This document shows positions 27,815 through 37,374 of a stretch of 64,000 nt of DNA, piece after piece. Source of the stretch: Armatimonadota bacterium (GTDB lineage: Bacteria; Armatimonadota; SYMT01). The stretch spans positions 192,001 to 256,000 of the forward strand of contig JAWLHY010000008.1 in the NCBI GenBank assembly GCA_041690135.1, in the 5' to 3' direction. Below the pieces are notes generated by a model. It was not told the DNA's origin and did not search any database. It worked only from the letters and a program-made list of their open reading frames with translations. The translations under genes and the position numbers were made by a program. Positions within the stretch are counted from its first letter, which is position 1, and every line of letters begins with the position of its first letter.

Positions 27815-29197
27815 TTAGAGGACACCAATGGCGTGCAGGAAGACGGCGGTCACCCCCAGAGGGACCAGATAACGGAGGAGCTGTACCCAACCCCAGTAGA
27901 GGCGCGCGAACCGGGTGCCCGCCTTGAAGCCCTGTTCGCGCGCCTCGCCGCCGACCCGCCAGGCCACGAACAAGGCGATTCCCAGGCCGCCCAGGGGAAG
28001 CAGCCAGTTACTGGCCAGGTAGTCGAAGAAATCGAACCAGTTCTTCCCCTGGCCCTCCCCAAACAACGCCGCGGTCAGCCCGGCGAACCGCTCCCCGAAC
28101 AGTTCCGTCCCGCCGCTGAGTGCCGCTGGTATACCCATCAGGAAGATCGCCACGCCGCACGTTACGGAGGCCCGGGTCCGGTGCCAGCCGCGCTGGTCGA
28201 TCAGGTAACTCACCGCCACCTCCAGCAAGGAGATGGCGCTGGTCAGTGCGGCAAAGGTCAGAAGAGAGAAGAAGATAAAGGACCACAGCATACCTCCCGG
28301 CATGCGTGAGAAGGCGATGGGCAGGCTCACAAAGACCAGCCCCGGCCCGGCCGAGGGTTCCATGCCGTAGGTGAAGAGGATAGGAAAGAACACCAGGCAC
28401 GCCATCAGCGCCACCAGGGTATCGATGAGACCAATGGTGAGGGATGTGGAAACCAGGTCGTCGTTCCGCCGGAGGTAGCTCCCGTAGGTGATCATCGCCC
28501 CCAAGCCCAGACTCAGGGAGAAGAACGCGTGCCCCAGCGCTTCCAGAACGGCGGCGGCATCGAGATCCGCCGCGTGTGGGCCAAAGACGAACGCCACGGC
28601 CTGCCCGAACCCACGCCCGGTGGCCGCCCGGACCAGGAGGGCGACCATCATCAGGAGCAGCAGCGGCATCAGGATCCGCGCCCACCGCTCCACCCCTTGC
28701 TGCACCCCGCCAATCACGATGGCGATAGTTAGCCCCATGAACACGGCGTGCCAGAACAGGGAAAGGCCGGCATTTCCATAGACGCGGTCGAACAGGCTCG
28801 TGATTTCCGGCGCTGTCTGTCCCGCGAAGCCTACGGAAAGGGAAAGCCACGCGTAGTGCATCGCCCAGCCCGCCACCACGCTGTAGTAAGAGAGCACGAC
28901 GAACGCGGCGATGACCCCCAGCCAACCGACCACCACCCACGGACTACCCGGACGGGCCAGCGCCTGGAAGGCGCCGACGGGTGAGCGCTGTGCCGTGCGG
29001 CCAATGAAGATCTCGGCCATCATGATCGGCAGTCCGACGACCGCGATACACAGCAGATAGATCAATACGAACCACCCGCCGCCGTTTTCGCCCGTGATAT
29101 AGGGGAATTTCCAAATGTTGCCAAGACCGACCGCCGAGCCGGCCGCCGCGAGGATGAAACCGAGGTTGCTTCTCCAGTGAACTCGTTGCTGCTCCAT
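27815..29197 (-). CDS. Sodium-dependent transporter (SNF/NSS family)
   Basis: GFILAAAGSAVGLGNIWKFPY, GENGGG, AFFSLSLG, AGPGLVF, SAISLLE. Confidence 0.95.
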   Translation of the reverse strand: MEQQRVHWRSNLGFILAAAGSAVGLGNIWKFPYITGENGGGWFVLIYLLCIAVVGLPIMMAEIFIGRTAQRSPVGAFQALARPGSPWVVVGWLGVIAAFVVLSYYSVVAGWAMHYAWLSLSVGFAGQTAPEITSLFDRVYGNAGLSLFWHAVFMGLTIAIVIGGVQQGVERWARILMPLLLLMMVALLVRAATGRGFGQAVAFVFGPHAADLDAAAVLEALGHAFFSLSLGLGAMITYGSYLRRNDDLVSTSLTIGLIDTLVALMACLVFFPILFTYGMEPSAGPGLVFVSLPIAFSRMPGGMLWSFIFFSLLTFAALTSAISLLEVAVSYLIDQRGWHRTRASVTCGVAIFLMGIPAALSGGTELFGERFAGLTAALFGEGQGKNWFDFFDYLASNWLLPLGGLGIALFVAWRVGGEAREQGFKAGTRFARLYWGWVQLLRYLVPLGVTAVFLHAIGVL

Positions 29198-29203
29198 ATG
29201 GGC

Positions 29204-29209
29204 ACTATA
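29204..29209 (-). promoter_or_regulatory. -10 box TATAGT 6 nt upstream of ATG (leaderless candidate)
   Basis: minus strand TATAGT-GCCCAT-ATG with no SD. Confidence 0.5.
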
Positions 29210-29278
29210 CCCAGCCTGATCGGATCGCTTGGAGGTTGACATGGTCCGTGGCTGGGGAGGTACCGGGCGGAGGGAGAA

Positions 29279-29533
29279 ATGGAACGACAACGCCCGGCAA
29301 TACGCGGCCACGATTGGGAAACTTCCCCGAACCGGCACCGGCTGCTGTTCAAGATGTTTGCCACGATCCTGGGCAGCCTGTTCTACGCGGCCCTGGTATT
29401 TCTGGCCATGGCGGCGGTTCCGCCCGGGTGGACCACTTTCACCGGCGTGGCCGCGTACGTGCTCTACCTGGCGATCCTGGGAGTGCTCCTCTGGGACGAG
29501 ATCCGCCGGAGACGCAGCCGTCGCCGTACCTGA
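29279..29533 (+). CDS. Small 2-TM membrane protein
   Basis: GGAGGGAG SD; two hydrophobic helices and Arg-rich tail. Confidence 0.6.
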   Translation: MERQRPAIRGHDWETSPNRHRLLFKMFATILGSLFYAALVFLAMAAVPPGWTTFTGVAAYVLYLAILGVLLWDEIRRRRSRRRT

Positions 29534-29640
29534 ACGGCCATCGCGGCGACCTACGGCGCGGTTGATAGGGTGGGGTAGGGGTGCGATGAAAGAGGGGGAG
29601 AAGAAGCCGCCGTTCTGTAACTGGCGGCAAGCACCAGGGC

Positions 29641-30207
29641 TTATGGATCCTGGCTCATTTGCTCAAGGCGGCTTACAATTCCCTCTCGCCGCTGGTGGTA
29701 GACGGCTTCCGCCTTCCGGAAGGCGGAAGCGCTGGAGATGCTCGAAGCCCCGCCCGTGGCAAATATCACCGCCAGAGTGAGAAACAGAAGCACGAAAGCA
29801 CCCGCGATCAGGAGCAGAACGGTCGGGGCACCATACTGTTTTGCCACTACCAGCCCGACGATTCCGATCAGTGCGACGCTTCCCGACATGGCGGCGCCCC
29901 CCACGCCCGCGCAGCCTGAAATGGCTGTCTCCGCTCCGGTACCGGGGTTGCCGCCATACTTCTCACGCTCGATGAGCCACTCCCGGTCCAGGCGTTCCAG
30001 CTCGTTCTGCAGACGAAGCAACTCTAAATTACCCGCCATGACCCTCGTGTGGCTGCTAATTTGCTCGAGCACTTCCGTATACACGGCATTCCCCGTGTGG
30101 ACCACCTTGAGGCGGCTGCCGCAGTGACCGCAGGTGAGGAAGCTCATTCCCGTGGGAACGTCGAGGGGAGCGCCGCAATGGCCGCAGGTGAGGGCCCGGA
30201 TGTTCAT
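29641..30207 (-). CDS. Zinc-ribbon + coiled-coil + 2-TM hypothetical protein
   Basis: CGHCGAPL...CGHCGS, LQNELERLDREW, two TM segments. Confidence 0.8.
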   Translation of the reverse strand: MNIRALTCGHCGAPLDVPTGMSFLTCGHCGSRLKVVHTGNAVYTEVLEQISSHTRVMAGNLELLRLQNELERLDREWLIEREKYGGNPGTGAETAISGCAGVGGAAMSGSVALIGIVGLVVAKQYGAPTVLLLIAGAFVLLFLTLAVIFATGGASSISSASAFRKAEAVYHQRREGIVSRLEQMSQDP

Positions 30208-30423
30208 GGTCTGGCTGTTAGCGCTAACTGCGATCTCGGACTGTTAGAAGAGCCGAGTAGCGTTTGCCCCTACTCGTTTAACGCCCCGGATTGCCAGCCG
30301 GTTGCGTGTGGAGTTACTGAACGGGAAGTTTCGAAGCACGTAACCGGCGCGTTTGACATCCGTTTCTTCCTTTGGCTGCGGGCGCGGCCATGCCGACGAA
30401 GGTTTTTGAGGGATGCGGCGACC

Positions 30424-31731
30424 ATGCGCAAAGAGAGAGTGCTAACCGCGGCCGCGACGCTCATGGTCGTGGGTCTCCTCGGGTTGGGGTCCGCGATGTG
30501 GGCGTTCGCGGAGCCGCCCTGGCAGCGGTTCCAGGATGGATCGCAGGCACGCCTGGAGGGAATCACCATCGGCAAAGCTCACGCCGTGGTGCCCGGACCC
30601 AACTGGCGGAAGGAAGTTTGCAGATTGTTTCCAACAGTACCGGCAGTCCGGCCGCGTTGGACACCCACCGTCATCAACACCCCAGCGGACACCACCCTTT
30701 TCTGGGTGCTGCGCCAGAACCAGCCGGGCGGGCCGCACCGTGAAGAGCGAGTGACGGTGGCCGACGAGCATGGTTGTGAATCGCAGGCCGTTTCGCAGAG
30801 CCTGGAGACTGCGCCGGAACCGTTCTCTTCAGGTCGGGTGCTGTGTGCCTACGAAGCGCGAGCCTTTCCACGCCGCGGGGATCGGCTGTTCTTGCGGTTC
30901 TACGAGCGCAGTGGGGGTGGGCCCTGGGAGAAGACCGGCCAGTTGGCCGCGGGAAACCCGAACCCGGGTCGCTACCCTGCCTGGACGCCTCATCCCCTCC
31001 CACAGGAGCGTGAGAGCGAAGGGACCTCGTTTACACTCACCCGGTTGATCACCGACGTCAAACCGGGTCGAACCCTGCAGGCCGCCAGCGAGGGAGAAGA
31101 GGCGTTTACCCTGGCGCGCTTTCGGATCACCCGGAATGGGAGGGTTCAGCGCCACTGGCAGCCCGTTCGCGTGCGAGTAAGCGATGCGGCCGGCAACGAT
31201 TGGCAATGCTTCTGCTACGACCCGGACCCCGTGGGCGACGAGCAAGAGATTCTGCTGGGAGAACAGTTGTGGTCGGATGAAAGCGCGTGGAAGCTGAAGG
31301 TCGAGTTCCAACGGTCCAGTGCCTTTTTGCCGGAAGAAATGTGGACGGTCCGCAACGTTCCGGTGCCCGCCGGACCCCACCGGAACACGTTTCCGGGTGA
31401 AAGCACGGTTCGCTTCCAGCGGCGAATCGAGCTCCGGAGGGTAGCAGGCGCCTACGCGAACGACCCGCAAGACTACACCGGCTTGGGGTTCCCGGAACCC
31501 AGCGTGCATGTACGCATGGCCGGGACCGGCGAAGGAGTGCGAGTCCTCCTTTGGAAAGTCCGGGAGCAATGCGGAAGTTTGTTGAAGGTCGGCCGCACCT
31601 ACGCCGACAACCAGGGGCGCTTCTCCTGGGCTGTGCCGGATGCCCGGCCCGGAAGCCGGGTGAACCTGACCTTCGCCATCCAGAAGACCCGCAGCGTGGA
31701 GTACCTGGCTGCGCCAGAATGGCTGCACTGA
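30424..31731 (+). CDS. Membrane-anchored or secreted hypothetical protein
   Basis: Long ORF with N-terminal hydrophobic anchor MRKERVLTAAATLMVVGLLGLG; beta-rich body. Confidence 0.7.
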   Translation: MRKERVLTAAATLMVVGLLGLGSAMWAFAEPPWQRFQDGSQARLEGITIGKAHAVVPGPNWRKEVCRLFPTVPAVRPRWTPTVINTPADTTLFWVLRQNQPGGPHREERVTVADEHGCESQAVSQSLETAPEPFSSGRVLCAYEARAFPRRGDRLFLRFYERSGGGPWEKTGQLAAGNPNPGRYPAWTPHPLPQERESEGTSFTLTRLITDVKPGRTLQAASEGEEAFTLARFRITRNGRVQRHWQPVRVRVSDAAGNDWQCFCYDPDPVGDEQEILLGEQLWSDESAWKLKVEFQRSSAFLPEEMWTVRNVPVPAGPHRNTFPGESTVRFQRRIELRRVAGAYANDPQDYTGLGFPEPSVHVRMAGTGEGVRVLLWKVREQCGSLLKVGRTYADNQGRFSWAVPDARPGSRVNLTFAIQKTRSVEYLAAPEWLH

Positions 31732-31734
31732 TGG

Positions 31735-32709
31735 TCAACCGGCGGAGTAGGCGGCTTCCACACGGTCCATCCAGCGCTGAACCTGGAGGGCGTCCTGGTA
31801 GGTAGCGCCGACCGGCACCGGTTCCAGCCCGCGGACGACCCGGCAGAAGCAGCGCAACTCGGAGGCCATCATGCCGGTGGGGCCGCTCGGGTCGGCGCGG
31901 ATCTCCAGGGCCATGGGCCAGAGGGCCCTTTCGTCCCATACTTCGATGGGACGCGGGTTCATCCGCATCCGGGCCGCCCAGCCGTCCCCGAACAACTCGA
32001 CGCGGTCGTACCCGTTACCCGGCATCCCTGCGGGCGCCATGAAAGAAGCGGTAAAACTAGCGAGCGTACCGCCGGGCCACTGGATTTGCGCCAGGACGAG
32101 GTCCACGGCTCCGGCTTCATTCCGGTGGACATGCCCGGTGATCGCTTCCGGTTCCGCACGATCCAGCAGTGCCTGCACGGCATAAAGGTCGTGGACCATT
32201 GTGAGGTGCATTGGGTTCTCACCCGGGAACTTCGCGAGGTTGGCGACCGGCCGGTGACGGATCCAGTCCATGTACCGGATGCGACCCCGACCGCGGACTT
32301 CGTCCTGGAGTTGGAGAAACTCGCTGTTGAACAGCACGATGTGCCCGAGCATCAGGTTGGATGAATCGAGTCGGACCAATGGTGCGAGACTCTCCGCTTC
32401 GGCCAGGCTGCTGGAGACCGGTTTCTCCAGCAAGACCGTTTTGCCTGCGGCGAGCAATGCCCGGGTGATGGGTACGTGCGCCGCGGTCGAGGTCGCGACG
32501 ACCCAGGCCTCCGCGTCGCACTCCTCCAGGGCCTGCTCCAGATTCAGCCAACCGCGCACGCCCGGCACCCGGCCCGACACGGCGTCCAGGCTCTCTTGCC
32601 GCCGCGCGACCAGCCCCACCAACTCCGCTTCCGCAATTCCCGCCAGGGTGAGGGCATGTTGTTGCCCGAACTTGCCCAACCCTACCACCGCTACGCGCAC
32701 CGGTTGCAT
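31735..32709 (-). CDS. Gfo/Idh/MocA family oxidoreductase
   Basis: VAVVGLGKFG, LLEKP, MVHD; AGGAG SD. Confidence 0.92.
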   Translation of the reverse strand: MQPVRVAVVGLGKFGQQHALTLAGIAEAELVGLVARRQESLDAVSGRVPGVRGWLNLEQALEECDAEAWVVATSTAAHVPITRALLAAGKTVLLEKPVSSSLAEAESLAPLVRLDSSNLMLGHIVLFNSEFLQLQDEVRGRGRIRYMDWIRHRPVANLAKFPGENPMHLTMVHDLYAVQALLDRAEPEAITGHVHRNEAGAVDLVLAQIQWPGGTLASFTASFMAPAGMPGNGYDRVELFGDGWAARMRMNPRPIEVWDERALWPMALEIRADPSGPTGMMASELRCFCRVVRGLEPVPVGATYQDALQVQRWMDRVEAAYSAG

Positions 32710-32815
32710 TCGGATCTCCTGCTCGCTGGACTACCTACATCACTCCGTGCGGCACGGGCCGACGGACTTCCTGCACCGCTTGCGGCGAGCGGCTCATGGC
32801 AGGAAGTCCCCAGGA

Positions 32816-34003
32816 TCAGGCAACACCCTCCGCTCGCATCCGGACGAGAAGATCCCTGCGCTCCAGAAGCAGCGCTCCGAGGCCGACGAGGGTCACCAGT
32901 ACCTGGAATACGGGTCCGGCGATCGGTAGACTGGTGAGGAAGGTCACGATAAGTGCCCCAAGCGCCATCTTAACGTACGGTGAGATCTCGCTCCGGCCCT
33001 GGCGACGCGCCAGCCAGTCTCCCACCCACTTCCCAACCCGGTACGCCACGTACACTCCGGCGAGGACGAGGAGCGCCACGTAGGTGACGAGGAGGATGAA
33101 GCCGATGGGCAAGGCGACGATGGTGACGATCAGCAAGAATGCCGCTAGCGGGATCAACACGCAGCCTCCACAGCCGGTCGCCAGCGTGGGTCCGACCCGG
33201 CTCACCATCGTCGCCGCCACTCTCTCGGTGGTGTTCGGGGTCAGCGCAATCAACAGCGAGCCGAGAATGAAGACCCATAGGAACTGCAGGAGCCAACTTC
33301 CGAACCAGTTCGCCACCTGTTCTCCTGCGGAGGGACGTTGCTGCCCGGCCTGCGCCGGCTGGTGCACCATGCGACCCAGCACCCGCGCTTCCGGTGAAAT
33401 CACAGGTGGAGTGGGGGAGTAGACGACAAGGTCTCCACGCACCACCGCACCCGGGCCTAACACCAGGCGTTCGGTCCGGGCCTGCACGTCACCGTTCACC
33501 GTACCCGTGATCTCCGCGTTGGAGGCCGCCAGCAACAGGTTGCGGCCGACGTTGCCCCGCAGGGTCACCGAAGCACCGGCGAGGGCCGCGTCGCGGCTGA
33601 CCCGCACATCCGTCCCCAGGACGATCGTGCTGCCGGCCAGGCTCAGGTTGTCTCCCACCGGCGCGGTGACCGTGACCGTACCGCCCATGGCTCGCAGATC
33701 GTCGCTGATCGGTCCGCTCACCGTTACCGTGGCTCCGGCAAGGAGCCCGTCTCCCGCTACCGGCCCGGAAACCGCGACGTTCGCCCCGGCGGCGATCACA
33801 TCCCCTTGCACGGGGCCCTGGATCAGGAGGTTGCTGCCGGCGACGGTGAGGTCGTCGGCGATGGTGCGCTCCGCAGGGACGGTGATGTTCTGTCCCGCCA
33901 AGCGTTCCGAGGCTCCGGCACTCGTCACGATGCCGGCGGCGAGCAGCACGATCAAACAGCAATTCAACAGATTTCGGCCCCGGAGGGCGATCCTGGCCGA
34001 CAT
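32816..34003 (-). CDS. Polymer-forming cytoskeletal (bactofilin-like beta-helix) membrane protein
   Basis: Repeated GxVxGD(L/V)xxAG units followed by several TM helices; signal peptide. Confidence 0.8.
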   Translation of the reverse strand: MSARIALRGRNLLNCCLIVLLAAGIVTSAGASERLAGQNITVPAERTIADDLTVAGSNLLIQGPVQGDVIAAGANVAVSGPVAGDGLLAGATVTVSGPISDDLRAMGGTVTVTAPVGDNLSLAGSTIVLGTDVRVSRDAALAGASVTLRGNVGRNLLLAASNAEITGTVNGDVQARTERLVLGPGAVVRGDLVVYSPTPPVISPEARVLGRMVHQPAQAGQQRPSAGEQVANWFGSWLLQFLWVFILGSLLIALTPNTTERVAATMVSRVGPTLATGCGGCVLIPLAAFLLIVTIVALPIGFILLVTYVALLVLAGVYVAYRVGKWVGDWLARRQGRSEISPYVKMALGALIVTFLTSLPIAGPVFQVLVTLVGLGALLLERRDLLVRMRAEGVA

Positions 34004-34226
34004 CGGAAAGTCCTTCCTGACCCGAGCCGGCTGCGGTACCCGAGGGCCGCGCCCGCAGTCCCACTTGGAGACACGCAGAACTCCAGGTCATTTCCAGCGT
34101 TTCCAGCCGTAACGGCAGTGAAACCCGTCCGGTGACCCCGAGAGCAGAACTGAAGTTAGCGCACCGAACACCAGGGGAGGCGGTCTTTGCTTCGGGTCAC
34201 TCCCAGCGGCAGTACCTCCCGGCGCG

Positions 34227-35186
34227 GTGGGGGATAATGGAGAGAGACCCCAGGGAGAGCGGATGCAGCGATTGAAGGAACGGATGTCCGGCCACGGAAC
34301 CGTCAGCGAGGGACTGCGGACCGCCTGGACCGTAATTTACATGTCCGTCCGCGACATGGCGACGGACAACGGCCCGCACTGGGCTGCGGCCATCGCCTAC
34401 TATGCGCTCCTCTCCGTGTTCCCGCTGCTGCTGGCGCTGGTCTCACTGGCGGCCTTTTTCGTGGAGCCGGGATGGGCCGTCGAACAGGCAGTCGATCTGC
34501 TCGGGCGGTTCCTGCCGGAAGGACGCGAGGAAGTGGCGAAGACGGTGCGGGGCGTACTGGATGAACGGGGTACCGCCAGCCTTTTCTCCGCCCTTTTATT
34601 ACTCTGGACCGGGTCTCGCGCCTTCGCGGTTCTCACAACGGCGCTCAACATCGCCTGCGATGCGGACGAGCAGTATGGGTTCGTAGAGCGAGCCCGCTTG
34701 CAGGTGGGAATGCTCCTCACGGTGGGGTTACTCTTCTTCCTGGCGCTCTCCTCGAACCTGACGCTCGGAATCATCCGGCAGGCGCTGGGTTGGTGGCCCG
34801 CACTTCAGGACCCCGCGATCCAACTCCTTTCCACGGTGGTTCCGGCGCTGACGCTGCTACTCGCCCTCTACGTGGTGTACTACTACGTGCCACGGGTGCG
34901 TATTAGCCGCTACGCTTCCCTCACCGGCGCACTGACGGCCACTTTTCTCTTCCTGATGGCGCAACCGCTGTTCTTGACCTACCTCCAGCGGTTTGCCCGC
35001 TTCAACCTGGTTTACGGCTCCCTCTCCATCGTCATCGCGATGTTGGTCTGGGCCTGGGTGGTATCGTTGGTGGTGCTGTTCGGCGGGGAGATCGCCTCGC
35101 ACGTGCAGATGCTGATCGTGGACGGCCTGTCGCCCCAGGAAGTAGAGGCCCGGCATTCGGCGCGGGCGCCGACCCGGAGCGAGTGA
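34227..35186 (+). CDS. YihY/virulence factor BrkB family membrane protein
   Basis: AAAIAYYALLSVFP, ALNIA, YYYVP, VYGSL, LFGGEI. Confidence 0.92.
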   Translation: MGDNGERPQGERMQRLKERMSGHGTVSEGLRTAWTVIYMSVRDMATDNGPHWAAAIAYYALLSVFPLLLALVSLAAFFVEPGWAVEQAVDLLGRFLPEGREEVAKTVRGVLDERGTASLFSALLLLWTGSRAFAVLTTALNIACDADEQYGFVERARLQVGMLLTVGLLFFLALSSNLTLGIIRQALGWWPALQDPAIQLLSTVVPALTLLLALYVVYYYVPRVRISRYASLTGALTATFLFLMAQPLFLTYLQRFARFNLVYGSLSIVIAMLVWAWVVSLVVLFGGEIASHVQMLIVDGLSPQEVEARHSARAPTRSE

Positions 35187-35193
35187 TGCGTCG

Positions 35194-35895
35194 CTAAGGT
35201 TGGAGGACATCATCCACCCGGCCATCGACTTCAATGACCACGCGCTCGACGGTGGGGAACTGTAGGAGGGTCCGCTCGATTTGCTCTCGGATGGTGGTGA
35301 CCCGCATGGAGCCGGCTACGCCCTTGTCGAGTTCTTCGCTGAAAGCGGCTCGGGCGGTGCCTTCGTTGATGGTGAGCTTCTCCAGACGGGTGCCCTCCGG
35401 AATCTCAGTGGTGAGGCCCTGGTCTCGCTCCTCGCGCGTGGGCCCCTCCAAAAGCTCCCGCAACGCCGCTTCCGCCGGCGCCTCGGCCGAAACGCTGCGC
35501 GGCACGGCAACGAACTCGACGTCGTTGTTGGAAAAGCGGGTAAAGGTGACGGACCATTCCCTGCGTTCACCCTGCGATCCGGTCCGCGGTGTGGTGTTGC
35601 CCGTGACGACCTGTTCGGCATCGCCAGAACCCTGGGATGACGCTCCGGATCCGGATTCATTACCACCGACCGGCGAGCGATCGGCGCCACAGCCCTGAGT
35701 CAGGATCGGCACCAGAAACAGGAGGGTGGCAGTGACAATCGCTCCCAGACACCGCGGAATTGGGGAACCGGTTTTGCCCACGGAACACGCGGAAAGACGC
35801 GAGCTTGCCCGTATGGAAAGGAAGCGAACGAAGGCAAAAGAGTTGCGGTTCTCCAAATCACGGTGTGTATGGGAGGTGTTGCTCGGGTGTGGCAT
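35194..35895 (-). CDS. GerMN-domain lipoprotein (start uncertain)
   Basis: Lipobox LTQGC; AALRELLEGPTREE..GL.TEIPEGT; QIERTLLQFPTVERVVIEVDG. Confidence 0.8.
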   Translation of the reverse strand: MPHPSNTSHTHRDLENRNSFAFVRFLSIRASSRLSACSVGKTGSPIPRCLGAIVTATLLFLVPILTQGCGADRSPVGGNESGSGASSQGSGDAEQVVTGNTTPRTGSQGERREWSVTFTRFSNNDVEFVAVPRSVSAEAPAEAALRELLEGPTREERDQGLTTEIPEGTRLEKLTINEGTARAAFSEELDKGVAGSMRVTTIREQIERTLLQFPTVERVVIEVDGRVDDVLQP

Positions 35896-35929
35896 AGGAT
35901 GAAGCGTAATGCGCTGCGACGTAGACCAT

Positions 35930-36934
35930 CTACGGAGGAAGTAGCGAAGCGAGTGCGCGGGTGATCAGCGTCTTTGCCAGGGGGGTTTTATATCCGTTTT
36001 CGCTCAGAGGTCGGGCATCGGCCAGAGCGGCTTCGGCGGCATGGGCGAACCGTTCCGGAGTAGCCCCGTGGCCGATGAGCTCTTGTTCCGCCGTTCGGGT
36101 TCGCCAGGGGATGGGAGCCACGCCGCCCACTACCAGGCGCGCGTCCGCAATCCGCGGGGCACCGGAGCCATTCGGCCCTTCCGTGCGGAGCACCGCCGCG
36201 ACCGAGACCAAAGCGAAGGCCCAGATCTTGCGGTCCATCGACTTGAAGTAGGTGCTCCGCGTCCCCGCCGGCAGGGCGGGTATGCGGACGGAGGTCAGGA
36301 TCTCGTCCTGGCCGATGGTCGTCTCCTGCCGCCGCTCATCTGTCGGCAATGCGTAGAACGCCTCCAGGGGAACGGTACGCTCGCCTCCCGAGCCGCGCAG
36401 TTGCACCTCCGCGCCGAGCGCCAGCAGTGCTGGGGCGGGATCGGAAGGGTGAACCGCAACGCAGGGCCCTTCGCCGAACAGGGAGTGCTGCTGGTTTTCG
36501 CCCGTACGGGCCGGGCAGTCCTCGCCGCCCTGGAGCCAGCAGTGGAACCGGGGATTGCGGAAGTACCAGCAACGGGGTCGCTGCAACAGGTTGCCGCCAA
36601 TGGTCGCCATGTTCCGCAACTGCGGGGTGGCCGCAACCTCGCAGGCCTCCGCCAGGACGGGGTAGCGGTCCCACACCAGGGGATGGCGCTCGATATCGGC
36701 CAATGGCGTCAGGGCACCCAGGCGCAGACCGTCCCCGTCGGGCTCGATAGCGCGGGACAGCCCCGCCAGCCGCTTGACATTAACCAGGCAGCCAGGATCT
36801 CCCACGTCGGCTTTGAGCAGGGTGAGCAGATCGGTACCCCCCGCCAGCGGACAGGCACCGGTCTCGGCCCCCTCCGAAAGTAGGGCGACGGCTTCGTCCA
36901 GGGTTTCCGGGCTGGTGTAGGCAAAGCTGCGCAC
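35930..36934 (-). CDS. Xanthine dehydrogenase family FAD-binding subunit (YagS/PaoB-like)
   Basis: AGGTDL, QLRNMATIGGNLLQRPRCWYFR..C..C..C (4Fe-4S insert), GGVAPIPWR; AAGGAG SD. Confidence 0.93.
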   Translation of the reverse strand: MRSFAYTSPETLDEAVALLSEGAETGACPLAGGTDLLTLLKADVGDPGCLVNVKRLAGLSRAIEPDGDGLRLGALTPLADIERHPLVWDRYPVLAEACEVAATPQLRNMATIGGNLLQRPRCWYFRNPRFHCWLQGGEDCPARTGENQQHSLFGEGPCVAVHPSDPAPALLALGAEVQLRGSGGERTVPLEAFYALPTDERRQETTIGQDEILTSVRIPALPAGTRSTYFKSMDRKIWAFALVSVAAVLRTEGPNGSGAPRIADARLVVGGVAPIPWRTRTAEQELIGHGATPERFAHAAEAALADARPLSENGYKTPLAKTLITRALASLLPP

Positions 36935-36946
36935 GCGTATTTCTCC

Positions 36947-37358
36947 TTGCTTCGCGGATTAGGACTAGGATCACGATTAAGATTAGGTGGCCTGGGCAGC
37001 ACTCGATCTCCTCTACTGCTGGTTGGTGCTTACTTCCGCCTTATCGGCCCCCTGCCCGGTGCTTCGCGGATTAGGACGAGGATGAGGATTAGGATAAGGA
37101 TGCCCGGGGCAGAACTCGATCGTTTCTTCCTTTGGTAGGTATGAACTTCCGCGCTCTCGGCCCCCTGCCCCCGCCACCCGAGGGGTGCCCGGCTGGGGGA
37201 ATGATCAAACTTCTGCTGTTTCTCCAACTTGCAAGTCCTCTGCGACCTTCCGCCCATTACGCCCCCTGCCCCCCAATCCTGGGGGGAGTTTCGAACTTCA
37301 GCGCCTGTAGTTTCTTCTGGGCCGTCGTGCTCGCTTCCGCCCCTTTGGCCTCTTTCCC
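36947..37358. repeat. Degenerate ~113-bp tandem array with embedded hexamer runs and CCCCC..CTGGGGG hairpins
   Basis: TGCTTCGCGGATTAGGAC at 36948 and 37060; ACTCGATC at 37001 and 37114; CTTCCGC...GCCCCCTGCCC at 37033, 37146, 37247; weaker copy at 37334. Confidence 0.85.
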
Positions 37359-37374
37359 TTTTCTCTGTTGGAGC

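Noticed and set aside
35194-35895. Evidence of sporulation from the GerMN domain
   Set aside because: GerMN domains are widespread in non-sporulating bacteria and there are no other sporulation genes here
36947-37358. CRISPR array
   Set aside because: Repeats are degenerate, spacing is irregular (87-113 bp), the spacers are mutually related and no cas genes are present
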